Assembly: GCA_027043825.1 (NCBI GenBank) | Contig: JALUER010000068.1 | Coordinates: 1-31,415 of the forward strand | From: Candidatus Micrarchaeota archaeon | GTDB taxonomy: Archaea; Iainarchaeota; Iainarchaeia; JAADDC01 | DNA length: 31,415 bases | Reading direction: 5' to 3' | Shown here: positions 1-8,311 of the stretch, piece after piece | Layout: every line of letters starts with the position of its first letter | Numbering within the stretch: the stretch's first letter is position 1 | The notes under the pieces: generated by a model | What the model saw: only the letters and a program-made list of their open reading frames with translations | What the model was told of the DNA's origin: nothing | Database searches by the model: none | Made by a program: the position numbers and the translations under genes

Positions 1-463
1 CAGAGAACGGAAGAAGCGACCTTACATAGGTGCCTGTGTCGATAAGGTTAGAGTTCCCCACCGTATTTGAGCCCGTGAACTTGGGTATATAGCCTGCGGT
101 GCCTGAACCTGTGATGTCGTCGGATGGGTTGGTATCTACTGGGACGCAGGTCTTTGCCCCGGAGAGGAGGTTGATGTCCTTGAGGGCGTTGTTGTCGGGA
201 CAGGAATAGATTGGATAAGTGAGGGTGAGGGCGCCGTTGGAGACGCTCAAACCGGGACCGATGGAGAGGGAGAGGTCGACAATACCGCCCGTTTTGGTGG
301 CGGAGAGGGGAGACAAGGCATTCACACCTGTCAGAACTTCAGCACCGTCTATGAATATTGTTCCGCTCGTGATGTAGAGGTTTCTGCCGCTGATGTAGAC
401 GCCGGCAGCGTTAACGCTGCCCAGGAGTAGTAGAACCACTACCACCACGAGGCCCCAACGCAC
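1..463 (-). CDS. Secreted/surface protein, partial (runs off window start); tail-fibre/adhesin-like Gly-Ser-Thr-rich repeats
   Basis: Not in the ORF track; translated by hand from GTG at 463: MRWGLVVVVVLLLLGSVNAAGVYISG...DDITGSGTAGYIPKFTGSNTVGNSNLID. Signal peptide present; no stop before the window edge; ATAAAA about 22 nt upstream. Confidence 0.75.
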   Translation of the reverse strand, partial: MRWGLVVVVVLLLLGSVNAAGVYISGRNLYITSGTIFIDGAEVLTGVNALSPLSATKTGGIVDLSLSIGPGLSVSNGALTLTYPIYSCPDNNALKDINLLSGAKTCVPVDTNPSDDITGSGTAGYIPKFTGSNTVGNSNLIDTGTYVRSLLPFS

Positions 464-487
464 GGAATAAGTATCTCAAGGTTCCTT

Positions 488-1069
488 TTATTCCTTTCGG
501 GAAATGGAGGAGAGCACTGCCTGACGGAGAAGGATGGCATTCTCCTCGGAGATGGCCCGAGAAGCAAGGACAGTGAAGTTGTTGTAGTCGACGGTGTAGT
601 TCAGGGTGGTAAGGTACTTATCGGTTAGGTCTGGGATGTTTCCATCCAGGAGGTTCGTGTATACGGAGGTAAGGGCCCGGTATATCACCAGATCCTCCCT
701 CGGTGCGTAGACGTTCTCCTCTGAAAGGCGTTCCCTCACGGAGAGGAGGATGACGTAGACATCGGGACAGGTGCCCCTTGGGGTAACCCCACAATCAACA
801 ACACAGTTCTGTAGCGGTTCCTTATCCCTGTAAAAGAGGTCCAGGTCCCGCCTGTAGGCCTCACAGGCTTCCTCGAGGAAGGGTGGGACGGATGTAGGTG
901 GGGTGTTTTCCTCGGAGGCGAGGGAAGACTGTTGAGTTGGCTCGGATGGTTTGTTTACTTCAGGAAGGGTGTGGACGGTCTTCTTGGGAGATCCGGGTTG
1001 GCTGAGAAGAAAGAGGGCTCCGACAACGATAGCAAAGACGAGGAGAGTTAAGAGGAGTGGCCTGTCCAC
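488..1069 (-). CDS. Membrane-anchored hypothetical protein
   Basis: N-terminal hydrophobic helix, Pro/Ser/Thr/Glu linker, small Cys-containing domain; GATAAA about 22 nt upstream of the GTG. Confidence 0.7.
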   Translation of the reverse strand: MDRPLLLTLLVFAIVVGALFLLSQPGSPKKTVHTLPEVNKPSEPTQQSSLASEENTPPTSVPPFLEEACEAYRRDLDLFYRDKEPLQNCVVDCGVTPRGTCPDVYVILLSVRERLSEENVYAPREDLVIYRALTSVYTNLLDGNIPDLTDKYLTTLNYTVDYNNFTVLASRAISEENAILLRQAVLSSISRKE

Positions 1070-1097
1070 GTAAGGATCTTGTAGGGTAGGGTTTATC

Positions 1098-2372
1098 TTA
1101 ACTGTGGATGTTCAGGTCGCCCAGGTTGGCATCGGTTAGGACGAGGTTCATGTCCTCCGTGGCGGAGGAGGTCACGTCAATGTTGTTGAGCTCGATGGTG
1201 GAGTTGTAGGCGTAGATGCCCCGTAGCCCGGAAAAGTTCATATTGGCGTCCTGGAGGACGACGCCGGAGGAGTTATAGAGGACAACGGAGTAGGGGTAGG
1301 AGGAGGTGAGGCGGAAGCGGGAGATGGTAACATCTGAGGAGTTGGTGACCAGTATGGGTGGGTGAACCTTTTGGAGGTCGGACCAGTTGGCGTCGATCGT
1401 CACGGGACCCGTATAGTTGTAGATCCAGAGGGCGAGGGGTAGGAAGGCGCTGTAGACGCTCACGGCGGAGGGGTGGTACTGGTATATTTTCCTGTCCGCG
1501 TCCCCCACATCGACGAGGATGATATCATAGGAGGGTGGGTTCACCGGATCCTCCACGTAGACGACATCGGGGGCATCAGGTGTGACGAGGGTTCTGATCT
1601 CCACAGAGGACGAGCTTACCACGTCCACGGCCCGGCTGAACCCCGAAACGGATGAACATCCCCTCACCGTGTAGTTGGATCCGTTGACGAAAAGGAAGAC
1701 GTTCGAACCATTTCCGTCCAACGGAAAGCCCATACAGTCAAAGATGAGGCCGTTACCATCACCCAAGAGCTCGATGCAGGGGTCCTTGTCAATTACCATG
1801 GTATCACTCAGAGCGATCCAGGCGTTGTTCTTCTGGGACTTCCACGTGTCTATGAGGGACTGGCAGGAGGAACAAGAAGTGCAGTAGGCGTCAGGTTCTT
1901 GCGTCACACCGATGCTCTCAGGGGTGAAGTGGATGGGAACCCCGTTCACCGAGAGGTAGGCACCGAGGACTGTGTAGGAAGGGCTAAATGGAGCGGAGCC
2001 CGACAGTCTTACGATCACGCCGGGCTGGAAGTAGGGGAGGGTGGACTCGTTGTTGAGGACCACCCGGAGGAGGTGGGTGTTCCCATCGCTGTCCTGATAG
2101 GAGATGTAGGCGATGAGGGGGACACGGTAGTAGATGGGCTCGGAGAAGGTGTTCTGGACGTCAAGGGATATGGACAGGATCTTACCCGTGGTATAAGTTG
2201 CCCGTACCACCTTTAGATAAGATTCGGATAGCTTGGCAAAGCGTAGATAGGGGTCCACGCCCTCCCTGACGGTTTGGGTAGCTGAAACCGTAAGGTAGCC
2301 TACGTAGAGGGCGGCGGCCAGGGCAACCACCGCCAAGAGAAGAACCACTATGCTCCCGCTCTGGGTCCGCAC
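1098..2372 (-). CDS. Surface protein with N-terminal anchor (possible class III signal) and right-handed beta-helix (NosD/pectin-lyase-like) repeats
   Basis: RTQSG followed by a hydrophobic segment; CTSCSSC; beta-helix-like repeats (GNGLIFDCMGFPLDGNGSN, NSSDVTISRFRL, NSSGVVLQDANM, NSTIELNNIDV). Confidence 0.7.
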   Translation of the reverse strand: MRTQSGSIVVLLLAVVALAAALYVGYLTVSATQTVREGVDPYLRFAKLSESYLKVVRATYTTGKILSISLDVQNTFSEPIYYRVPLIAYISYQDSDGNTHLLRVVLNNESTLPYFQPGVIVRLSGSAPFSPSYTVLGAYLSVNGVPIHFTPESIGVTQEPDAYCTSCSSCQSLIDTWKSQKNNAWIALSDTMVIDKDPCIELLGDGNGLIFDCMGFPLDGNGSNVFLFVNGSNYTVRGCSSVSGFSRAVDVVSSSSVEIRTLVTPDAPDVVYVEDPVNPPSYDIILVDVGDADRKIYQYHPSAVSVYSAFLPLALWIYNYTGPVTIDANWSDLQKVHPPILVTNSSDVTISRFRLTSSYPYSVVLYNSSGVVLQDANMNFSGLRGIYAYNSTIELNNIDVTSSATEDMNLVLTDANLGDLNIHS

Positions 2373-2456
2373 GGAAGTAGATAGGGGAGGAGGTTTTTAT
2401 GGGTTGGAGTAAGGCTTAAAAAGTAGTTTGCGTTGATAGTAGCGAGGTGTTGAAGG

Positions 2457-2714
2457 ATGGCCAAGTACGAAATAGCACGGAGGCTCTCGGGTAAGAGGGT
2501 CATAACAAACAGGGGAGAGGTGCTGGGCAAGCTGGTGGACCTTGTGGTGGACGAAAAGAGCGGCGTCCTCGAGTACCTGCTGGTGGAGATAGCGCCGGAC
2601 TCCAAGGTTGCCAGGAAGCTGGGGATCGATAGGAGGATGGCAGAGCTCCCCTACAAGGCTGTTGTGGCTGTCAGTGACTACGTGATAGTGGACGAAGCGT
2701 CCATCAGGGAATGA
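2457..2714 (+). CDS. PRC-barrel domain protein (CdpB-like)
   Basis: LSGKRVITNRGEVLGKLVDLVVDEKSGVLEYLLV...LPYKAVVAVSDYVIV matches the PRC-barrel pattern; GAGGTG SD upstream. Confidence 0.88.
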   Translation: MAKYEIARRLSGKRVITNRGEVLGKLVDLVVDEKSGVLEYLLVEIAPDSKVARKLGIDRRMAELPYKAVVAVSDYVIVDEASIRE

Positions 2715-3675
2715 AGTCGAGTTCTAAGAGCTTCCCCTTCCTTCCTTTAACCCTGAGCTTGCCCAGGGCCTCAAAGTTACCCGCTTTTAGGGCCTTCTCC
2801 ACCTCACCCCAGTTCTCGTAGACGTAGTTTATGAGCTGTTCCAGGTCGGAAATCTCCCTGTTTAGATCTTCTAGGGATGAAAGCATGTAGTCGAGCTTGG
2901 AAGGCCGCTTTTTCTCCCCCGGGTGCCCGGTAGCTAATAGGGAAGGGGTGTAGGAGTCGAGGAGCTCCGAGAAAGAGGGGAACCTTTTCTCACAGTTTTC
3001 TACATAACTCAGCTCCACGGGGAAGGGTTCATCGTCGCAGAGATACCCTGAGGGCGACCTTAGCTCGTCCAGGAGCTCCTCGAGGGTAGAGAGGACGGAG
3101 GTAGTGTCCACCTGGGAGGTTGGGGTCTTTTCGTCAACACCGAGGCGGTGGACGATCTCTCGGGCGTAGGGCTTTGGTATGCCGGAACGGATCAGATCCC
3201 TGAGGAGAATGGAGTCTGTGAGGAGCTCTCCCCGGGAGATGGGAGGGGGCGGCGGAGTTTTATACATAACACCCACCCGGAGCTCCCTGTGGCTCCAGCT
3301 TCCGGGACGAAGAACGGCGAGGATCTTCCCCTCCTCCAAGAGGAGGACGTTCCCCTCCCTGAAGAGCTCCAACACAAGGGAGTAGGATCCGAAATCAAAG
3401 ACCACCGCCCTGTCCAGGTTCAGGGTCCGGATGTCCCGGAGTCTCAGTCCCTTCAGGTGCTTCCTGACCTTGAAGGAGAGGTTGTCCGGGGCGGAAGAGG
3501 GAACCGAGTAGGAGGTGGGGTATGCCTTGTCAGGGAAGAGGATGAGGACGTCGGCGCCGCGGAAGCGGAGCTTGTAGCCACCTTCTATAAGCGACATCTT
3601 CTGGAAGTGGCGGCCCACCAGGTTTTTCATCTCCTCCACGAGCGCCAGGTGGTCGAAGGAGGTCAGCTCCCTCAC
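2704..3675 (-). CDS. rqc2: Rqc2/NFACT-family protein, N-terminal half only (NFACT-N + HhH + partial coiled coil), about 323 aa
   Basis: Probable start GTG 3675 (VRELTSFDHLALVEEM) with AGGTG SD; motifs TSFD, NLDR, LELFREGN, GIPKPYAREI; stops where full-length proteins continue into the second coil and NFACT-R/C. Confidence 0.8.
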   Translation of the reverse strand: MRELTSFDHLALVEEMKNLVGRHFQKMSLIEGGYKLRFRGADVLILFPDKAYPTSYSVPSSAPDNLSFKVRKHLKGLRLRDIRTLNLDRAVVFDFGSYSLVLELFREGNVLLLEEGKILAVLRPGSWSHRELRVGVMYKTPPPPPISRGELLTDSILLRDLIRSGIPKPYAREIVHRLGVDEKTPTSQVDTTSVLSTLEELLDELRSPSGYLCDDEPFPVELSYVENCEKRFPSFSELLDSYTPSLLATGHPGEKKRPSKLDYMLSSLEDLNREISDLEQLINYVYENWGEVEKALKAGNFEALGKLRVKGRKGKLLELDFIP

Positions 3676-3727
3676 GCACCTATAGGGGGACATCCAGGTA
3701 AAAAGGCTACGGATCAGAAGGAAGTTC

Positions 3728-4258
3728 GTGGAGGCGGTTCTCCGGCTTCTCGAGATGGACGAAGTGGTCGACTTCGTAAGGAGGGTTGGAGGCGAGCACG
3801 GGGTGGACGTATTGAGAATTATGGCGGAGGCCGGGGAACCGGTGACGGACGAGTACATAGCAGGGTTCCTGGGGGTGAAAGTGACCGTCGTGAGGACGGT
3901 CCTCAACCGCTTCCACTTCTGGGGAATTGTGGACTACCACAAGGAGAGGGACCCGGACACGGGCTGGTACACCTACACCTGGTTCATTAGGATGAGCAGG
4001 CTGAGGGAGGCGCTCCTGGAGGAGGTATCGGAGAGGGAGAGGGAGGTTCTGGAGAAGTTGGACGAGCTGGAAAGTTATATGTTCTTTGAGTGTCCAGAGG
4101 GGCATGAAAGGGTCACCTTCGAGGTGGCAATGGAGCTGAACTTTGCCTGTCCGGTCTGTGGGAAGCCCCTCAAGGCCGTTGACGTGGAGAAAGAGAAGAG
4201 AGAGTTGCAGGAAAAGCTCAGGGAGCTGGCAAAGATAAAGGCCATCCTCAGGTCGTAA
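3728..4258 (+). CDS. tfe: Transcription factor E alpha
   Basis: wHTH TDEYIAGFLGVKVTVVRTVLNRF, RDPDTGWYTYTW, Zn ribbon CPEGH...FACPVCG, C-terminal coiled coil. Confidence 0.95.
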   Translation: MEAVLRLLEMDEVVDFVRRVGGEHGVDVLRIMAEAGEPVTDEYIAGFLGVKVTVVRTVLNRFHFWGIVDYHKERDPDTGWYTYTWFIRMSRLREALLEEVSEREREVLEKLDELESYMFFECPEGHERVTFEVAMELNFACPVCGKPLKAVDVEKEKRELQEKLRELAKIKAILRS

Positions 4259-4619
4259 AGACGAAGGTATTTATGACGCCCTCCTCCTTCACCTCACCAC
4301 AGTCAAGCCTGACGGGAATTCTAACATAGGTTCCGGGCCGGAAGCTGGCGTTCATGTCGAGGGTGGTGGAGGAACGGGGGTCCAGCTGGATGGTTCTCCT
4401 CTGGCCAAGGACGTCCACCTCGCAGACCAGGTTCGTGGGATAGAAGGAGGTCAGCTCGACGGTGAAGGTGGTGGGAGTGGCCTTCCAATAGGTGGGGCGC
4501 ACGATATAGAAGCCCTTGGCCCCCTCCACGGGAGTGCTCCTGAGGATGAGGAGGACGAGAAAGAGGACCACGAGGGCCCCCAGGACGTGCTCCGGGTTAA
4601 CGTTCTTCCAGGATGGCAT
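4248..4619 (-). CDS. Membrane-anchored small beta-sandwich hypothetical protein
   Basis: One N-terminal TM helix, beta-rich domain with two Cys. Confidence 0.65.
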   Translation of the reverse strand: MPSWKNVNPEHVLGALVVLFLVLLILRSTPVEGAKGFYIVRPTYWKATPTTFTVELTSFYPTNLVCEVDVLGQRRTIQLDPRSSTTLDMNASFRPGTYVRIPVRLDCGEVKEEGVINTFVFTT

Positions 4620-5070
4620 AGCCGCTCACCGCAACCGCTACTAAGATACCTCCAAGGAAGAAGGTAAAAGAGGCATAGGTGGGGTCGATGCCCTTAGTGG
4701 GAAGGTAGGCATAGAGGATGGGTGTAAGGGAGATGAGGAGTATGCCGAAGAAGAGAAGGGTGTTGGTGAAGTCAAGGGTGGGGTTGTGCTCCCTAAGCTT
4801 GTGGTAGTAGAGTAGGGAGCCCATGTAGTCGAGGAAGTCCACGTCGGCCCTGACGAGATGATAAAGAGCGTAGGAGCCCAGGAGAAGGAGTATGGCCCAG
4901 AGGGACATGAGGATCCTTGACTCGGGGCTGAAGTTCAGGCTCACGGTGAGGTTCAGGAGGAGAAGGGTAATTATGGAAGATATAAGGAGTACGTGGGAGA
5001 CCGAGACGTAGACCACCTTTCGGCCGGGCAAGCTATGGACCTTCCTGGCCCTCTCGCTAAACCCCACCAT
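4597..5070 (-). CDS. Hypothetical membrane protein (about 4 TM)
   Basis: Four hydrophobic segments; TTTAAA about 20-25 nt upstream of the ATG. Confidence 0.7.
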   Translation of the reverse strand: MVGFSERARKVHSLPGRKVVYVSVSHVLLISSIITLLLLNLTVSLNFSPESRILMSLWAILLLLGSYALYHLVRADVDFLDYMGSLLYYHKLREHNPTLDFTNTLLFFGILLISLTPILYAYLPTKGIDPTYASFTFFLGGILVAVAVSGYAILEER

Positions 5071-5223
5071 AAAAGGTAGCGAAAAAGGGGTTTAAAGGGG
5101 GAGGGAAGTTCCCCGCGCGGATGAAGGGGTAAAATATTAGGGGTGCTTTCTGGTTTATAAGCGTTGCGGTGTCATCGCTGAGCACGACAAAGAGGTTATA
5201 AGGGGGGTTTCCCTTTTCAGTAG

Positions 5224-5691
5224 GTGAAGGGAGTAAGCAACGTGATAGCCATATCGGCCCTGCTCATCATAGCCATGGGCTTGGTGGCAATCCTCCTGCC
5301 CTGGGCCTGGAACTCAATGACACAGGTAGTGGACGTGATGGGAAGGGCCTCGGAGGCCAGAAGCAAGGAGATACTTGCCATGCTTGTCTTCTACCCACCC
5401 CCAGCCATACCTTCCGACAACAACGACCAGGTGCTCCTGGTACTGAACGTGGGGGAGATCCCCCTCACCAACGTGAAGGTAATCATGGTAAGGAAGGACC
5501 TGACCCAGGCGGATCTGAACTTCTACATAATAACAACGGAGGGGGTGGAGACCAACTGGGGCTACAGCGCCGAGCGGTTCCTGCCCGGAGACGTGATTGT
5601 CGCCCGGGTCCCGTACGAGCAGAATTACATAGGATATCAGTTCGTGATACAGTCACCGGACTACTCAGAGGCCTTCGTGGTGGGTGGTTAG
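5224..5691 (+). CDS. Archaeal type IV pilin-like protein (class III signal peptide)
   Basis: MKG/VSNVIAISALLIIAMGLVAILL; later VLNVGEIPL (NxGxxxL pilin/archaellin motif). Confidence 0.8.
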   Translation: MKGVSNVIAISALLIIAMGLVAILLPWAWNSMTQVVDVMGRASEARSKEILAMLVFYPPPAIPSDNNDQVLLVLNVGEIPLTNVKVIMVRKDLTQADLNFYIITTEGVETNWGYSAERFLPGDVIVARVPYEQNYIGYQFVIQSPDYSEAFVVGG

Positions 5692-6150
5692 GTGGAGGAC
5701 CTCATAACCTTTGTGGCGGTGTTCTCCGTTATGATATCCATCTTCCTCATCGTGACCTCCGCGTCGCTCACCACCTTCTACAATGTGGCAGGGGCCCAGA
5801 AGAGCCTCATGAAGACCATGAAGGAGAGCGACGTGAGGGTGCTCGTGGAGGAGGGCAACGTGGTGCTACCCGGCGATCGGGTGCTCTATGTGGAGGTAAA
5901 CGACGGCAACGTGACCGTCACGAACAGGGGAACCAGGGACTTCTTCTACGTGAGGATGATCTGTTGGGACAAGAAAGACCCGGGTTCTACGGTTGGGCTC
6001 GTGTTGGGGGAGCAGAACGGGATACAATACAGCTCGGTGCCAGCCGTGACGATTTATCCTCCCTATAACGAGGTGAACTATTCCGTTGGGACAGGGAAGG
6101 TATGTGTGCTCGTGGGGAGGCGTTTCATAAAAGGGTTTGTTGTGCCTTGA
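5692..6150 (+). CDS. Pilin-like / FlaF-FlaG-like accessory protein
   Basis: Abuts the upstream pilin; N-terminal hydrophobic helix; VTVTNRG motif. Confidence 0.6.
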   Translation: MEDLITFVAVFSVMISIFLIVTSASLTTFYNVAGAQKSLMKTMKESDVRVLVEEGNVVLPGDRVLYVEVNDGNVTVTNRGTRDFFYVRMICWDKKDPGSTVGLVLGEQNGIQYSSVPAVTIYPPYNEVNYSVGTGKVCVLVGRRFIKGFVVP

Positions 6151-6688
6151 GGTAGTGCTCGTTGAGTCTCGAGAGGAGGGGGTCTTTCTCGTAGAGCTCC
6201 TTGAACCAAGAGGATGCTACAATATGTTCCGCCCCATATCGGAGGGCGGAGAGCTCGTCCGGATCAAGTACATCCTTCTGTGCCAAATCCCGGAGCCTGT
6301 AGATAGTCGAGGGAGTGCGGAGTATGATGCGGTTCAGGGCGAGGTAGATAGCCTTTAGGGCAGAGGCCTCATCTACAGGAACGTCTTCTACATAATACGT
6401 GACAGACCAGTCGTCGAGATTTTCAAAGGAGTGGGCCGGGTTCTTGCCCGTCTTGAAGAACTCCACGAGGGGGGTGAAGGCGTTCTCAGGGATGATAACC
6501 GTATTCTTCTCACTCCTGATGTAGGGATAACGTGTAAGGACCCCTTCGCGGTAGTAGACGTAGGTCTTGCCGTTGGATTTGGTCACCACCTGCGTATAGC
6601 CGTAGAGGGCCCGGAAGAAGCGCTGATACGAATAGGAGGAAGAAGGTGACGCCCCCTTGTAGCGGTACCTTATCAGGTGACCCCTCAT
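6125..6688 (-). CDS. Hypothetical basic/aromatic protein, possible Cas2/VapD-like ferredoxin fold
   Basis: LIRYRY...RFFRALYGY...YYREGVL..YPYIRSEKNTVII..LVEFF; the fold assignment is by eye. Confidence 0.55.
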   Translation of the reverse strand: MRGHLIRYRYKGASPSSSYSYQRFFRALYGYTQVVTKSNGKTYVYYREGVLTRYPYIRSEKNTVIIPENAFTPLVEFFKTGKNPAHSFENLDDWSVTYYVEDVPVDEASALKAIYLALNRIILRTPSTIYRLRDLAQKDVLDPDELSALRYGAEHIVASSWFKELYEKDPLLSRLNEHYLKAQQTLL

Positions 6689-6772
6689 GTAGACCCCCGT
6701 AGTTCCGGTATTCGCTGTGGTGGTGGATGTGTAGGTATGTTATGTAGAATAATAGTAGAAAATAAAAGGGGT

Positions 6773-7075
6773 TCAGCGTCGACGGGCAAGGCCAAGAATA
6801 CCGGAAGTCCGGGGAGTTCTTACTGTCTTGGTACTGGCCTTGTTCTTGTTTATCAGTATGATGTCCTTGACAGCTACGACCTTGTCGTAGTTGATGGACT
6901 TCTTCTTGAGGATCTGGACTATGTCTTGCTTACTGGTCAACCGGAAGGGTTCCAAGGTGATCTTAAAGATGCGCCCCTCCTCAAGGTCGATAATGAAGTC
7001 GTATGCCTTGCCCACGTACTCGGCATCGGTCGTGTAGATGTCCATCCCGAACATCTGGGACAGCCTTATGGACAT
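6773..7075 (-). CDS. PRC-barrel domain protein (CdpB-like) with basic C-terminal tail
   Basis: LSQMFGMDIYTTDAEYVGKAYDFIIDLEEGRI...INYDKVVAVKDIILI; GGTGA SD; TTTTATAC TATA-like element on the minus strand (7105-7112). Confidence 0.88.
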   Translation of the reverse strand: MSIRLSQMFGMDIYTTDAEYVGKAYDFIIDLEEGRIFKITLEPFRLTSKQDIVQILKKKSINYDKVVAVKDIILINKNKASTKTVRTPRTSGILGLARRR

Positions 7076-7159
7076 GATCTCACCGCAAGGTAAAGGACAT
7101 CATTGTATAAAAGACTTTCGTTCCTCTACCACGACTTATACATAATTATACATAATTTG

Positions 7160-7300
7160 AGCAGAGTTGCTCGTTTTCCCACGGAGGAAAACGTAAATAT
7201 AAATTATAAAAACATAAATATCATAAAACTGTAACCTTATCACATTTAATAATATTTCGGTATAATATACCAATATAATAAGAAAAATAGAAAGGAGGTG
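7160..7300. promoter_or_regulatory. Very AT-rich divergent promoter region with palindrome GGTATA-A-TATACC (7259-7271)
   Basis: 7201-7260 has 11/60 G+C; lies between the divergent PRC-barrel and wHTH genes. Confidence 0.65.
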
Positions 7301-7307
7301 AACAGTT

Positions 7308-7595
7308 ATGGCAGTGGTGGATATCTTCCTCAAAGAGAAGAACGTGCTGATGATGGTTGCCCTCCGGGAAAAGAACAGGAGGTGGTACGTATCCCTCCTT
7401 GCCAAAGAAGCCGATGTCACGTACCCCCATGCGGTTCATATAGTGAGGAAGCTCGAGGAGGCTGGCCTCATAAGGACGGTTAAGGAGGGACGAACCCGTT
7501 ATGTAGAGTTGACTGACCTCGGCGAGGAGGTGGCGATAGCCCTGGAGAACGCCTACCGTCAGCTCATCCGAATAAGTTCTGACAGAAACAAATAA
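7308..7595 (+). CDS. Winged helix-turn-helix DNA-binding protein (MarR-like)
   Basis: YVSLLAKEADVTYPHAVHIVRKLEEAGLIRTVKEGRTRYVELTDLG; strong GGAGGTGA SD. Confidence 0.9.
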   Translation: MAVVDIFLKEKNVLMMVALREKNRRWYVSLLAKEADVTYPHAVHIVRKLEEAGLIRTVKEGRTRYVELTDLGEEVAIALENAYRQLIRISSDRNK

Positions 7596-7846
7596 TTTAT
7601 TTGTATTATACATAACACGAACCTCCCGCCACTTTCATTTTATGGGATAACCCAAAACCTCCTTCCTTCACGAACACCTCCCGCATAATCTTCCTTCCAC
7701 GCCCCCTCCTTTCCAGACATTCGCGGCACCTTTTCCAAAAACATTTTGTATTAACACGAAATATTTCGCACTTTACTTGGCAAAATCCGTCATCTCGTCA
7801 CCCTCCTCTTTTTATGCCCTAAACCCATATATTTTTGGGTGATATT

Positions 7847-8311
7847 ATGAAGATATCCGTGGTCGAGAACCCACCCATACCGAAGGAGGTGAACAACCCC
7901 CAGACCCTTGCCTACTATGTGGCGTCTTCCCTCGGTCTGATTCCTGAACGGGGCAAGGGAGACGTTGTGATAGAGCTCCTCATCCTCTTCCGAAAGATTT
8001 CGGGGATCCGGGAGGGTGCCATAGAGTCCAATGGGAAGCAGTACCCTGTGAAGAACGGCGCCATGAAGGCGAAGGATATTCTGGACTACCTCCACTCAAA
8101 GGGCCTGAAGGTAAGCCAGTCCCAGTTCTACACCACCTACCTATCCCGCTTCATCGATGCTGGCCTCGTAACCAAGAGAAAGGGCTCCACTTACGGCCTG
8201 AGGGCCCCCACCCTGGAGCTTACCCTGGAGGAGGTGTTCCGGGATATACGTAGGGTGTGGGGTAAGATAGGCGACCATGTACGACGTTTGGATGGTGTCT
8301 TGGAAGGGTGA
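7847..8311 (+). CDS. Winged helix-turn-helix protein with N-terminal ASSLGL domain (paralog of 20610-21065)
   Basis: ATG 7847 after GGGTGA SD; MKAKDILDYL...QFYTTYLSRFIDAGLVTKRKGSTYGLR; similarity to the 20610 ORF. Confidence 0.75.
   Translation: MKISVVENPPIPKEVNNPQTLAYYVASSLGLIPERGKGDVVIELLILFRKISGIREGAIESNGKQYPVKNGAMKAKDILDYLHSKGLKVSQSQFYTTYLSRFIDAGLVTKRKGSTYGLRAPTLELTLEEVFRDIRRVWGKIGDHVRRLDGVLEG

Noticed and set aside
3261-3272. TATACATAACAC box copy inside rqc2 (also TACATAAC near 3001 and the copy at 26610-26620 in lhr)
   Set aside because: These lie within coding sequence and are explained by the codons (VMY, YV, LYIT); not counted as regulatory sites.
3676-3906. N-terminal extension of the NFACT ORF as called in the track
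   Set aside because: It overlaps tfe on the opposite strand; NFACT similarity and an SD begin at GTG 3675.
3148-3990. 280-aa + strand ORF and other long ORFs opposite real genes (e.g. 9502-10542, 10778-11530, 13889-14749, 15875-16699, 22493-23209, 25070-26410)
   Set aside because: Shadow ORFs typical of GC-rich coding DNA; no motifs, and fully overlapped by well-supported genes.
5100-5195. Possible second C/D sRNA (ATGAAG...CTGA) in the gap before the pilin
   Set aside because: No proper D'/C' boxes and the spacing is wrong; the region also contains TATA-like elements and only short hairpins.
7136-7613. ORFs 7136-7420 and 7221-7613 (minus) and 7790-8095 (minus)
   Set aside because: AT-rich read-through or antisense to the wHTH genes; no SD and no protein-like features.
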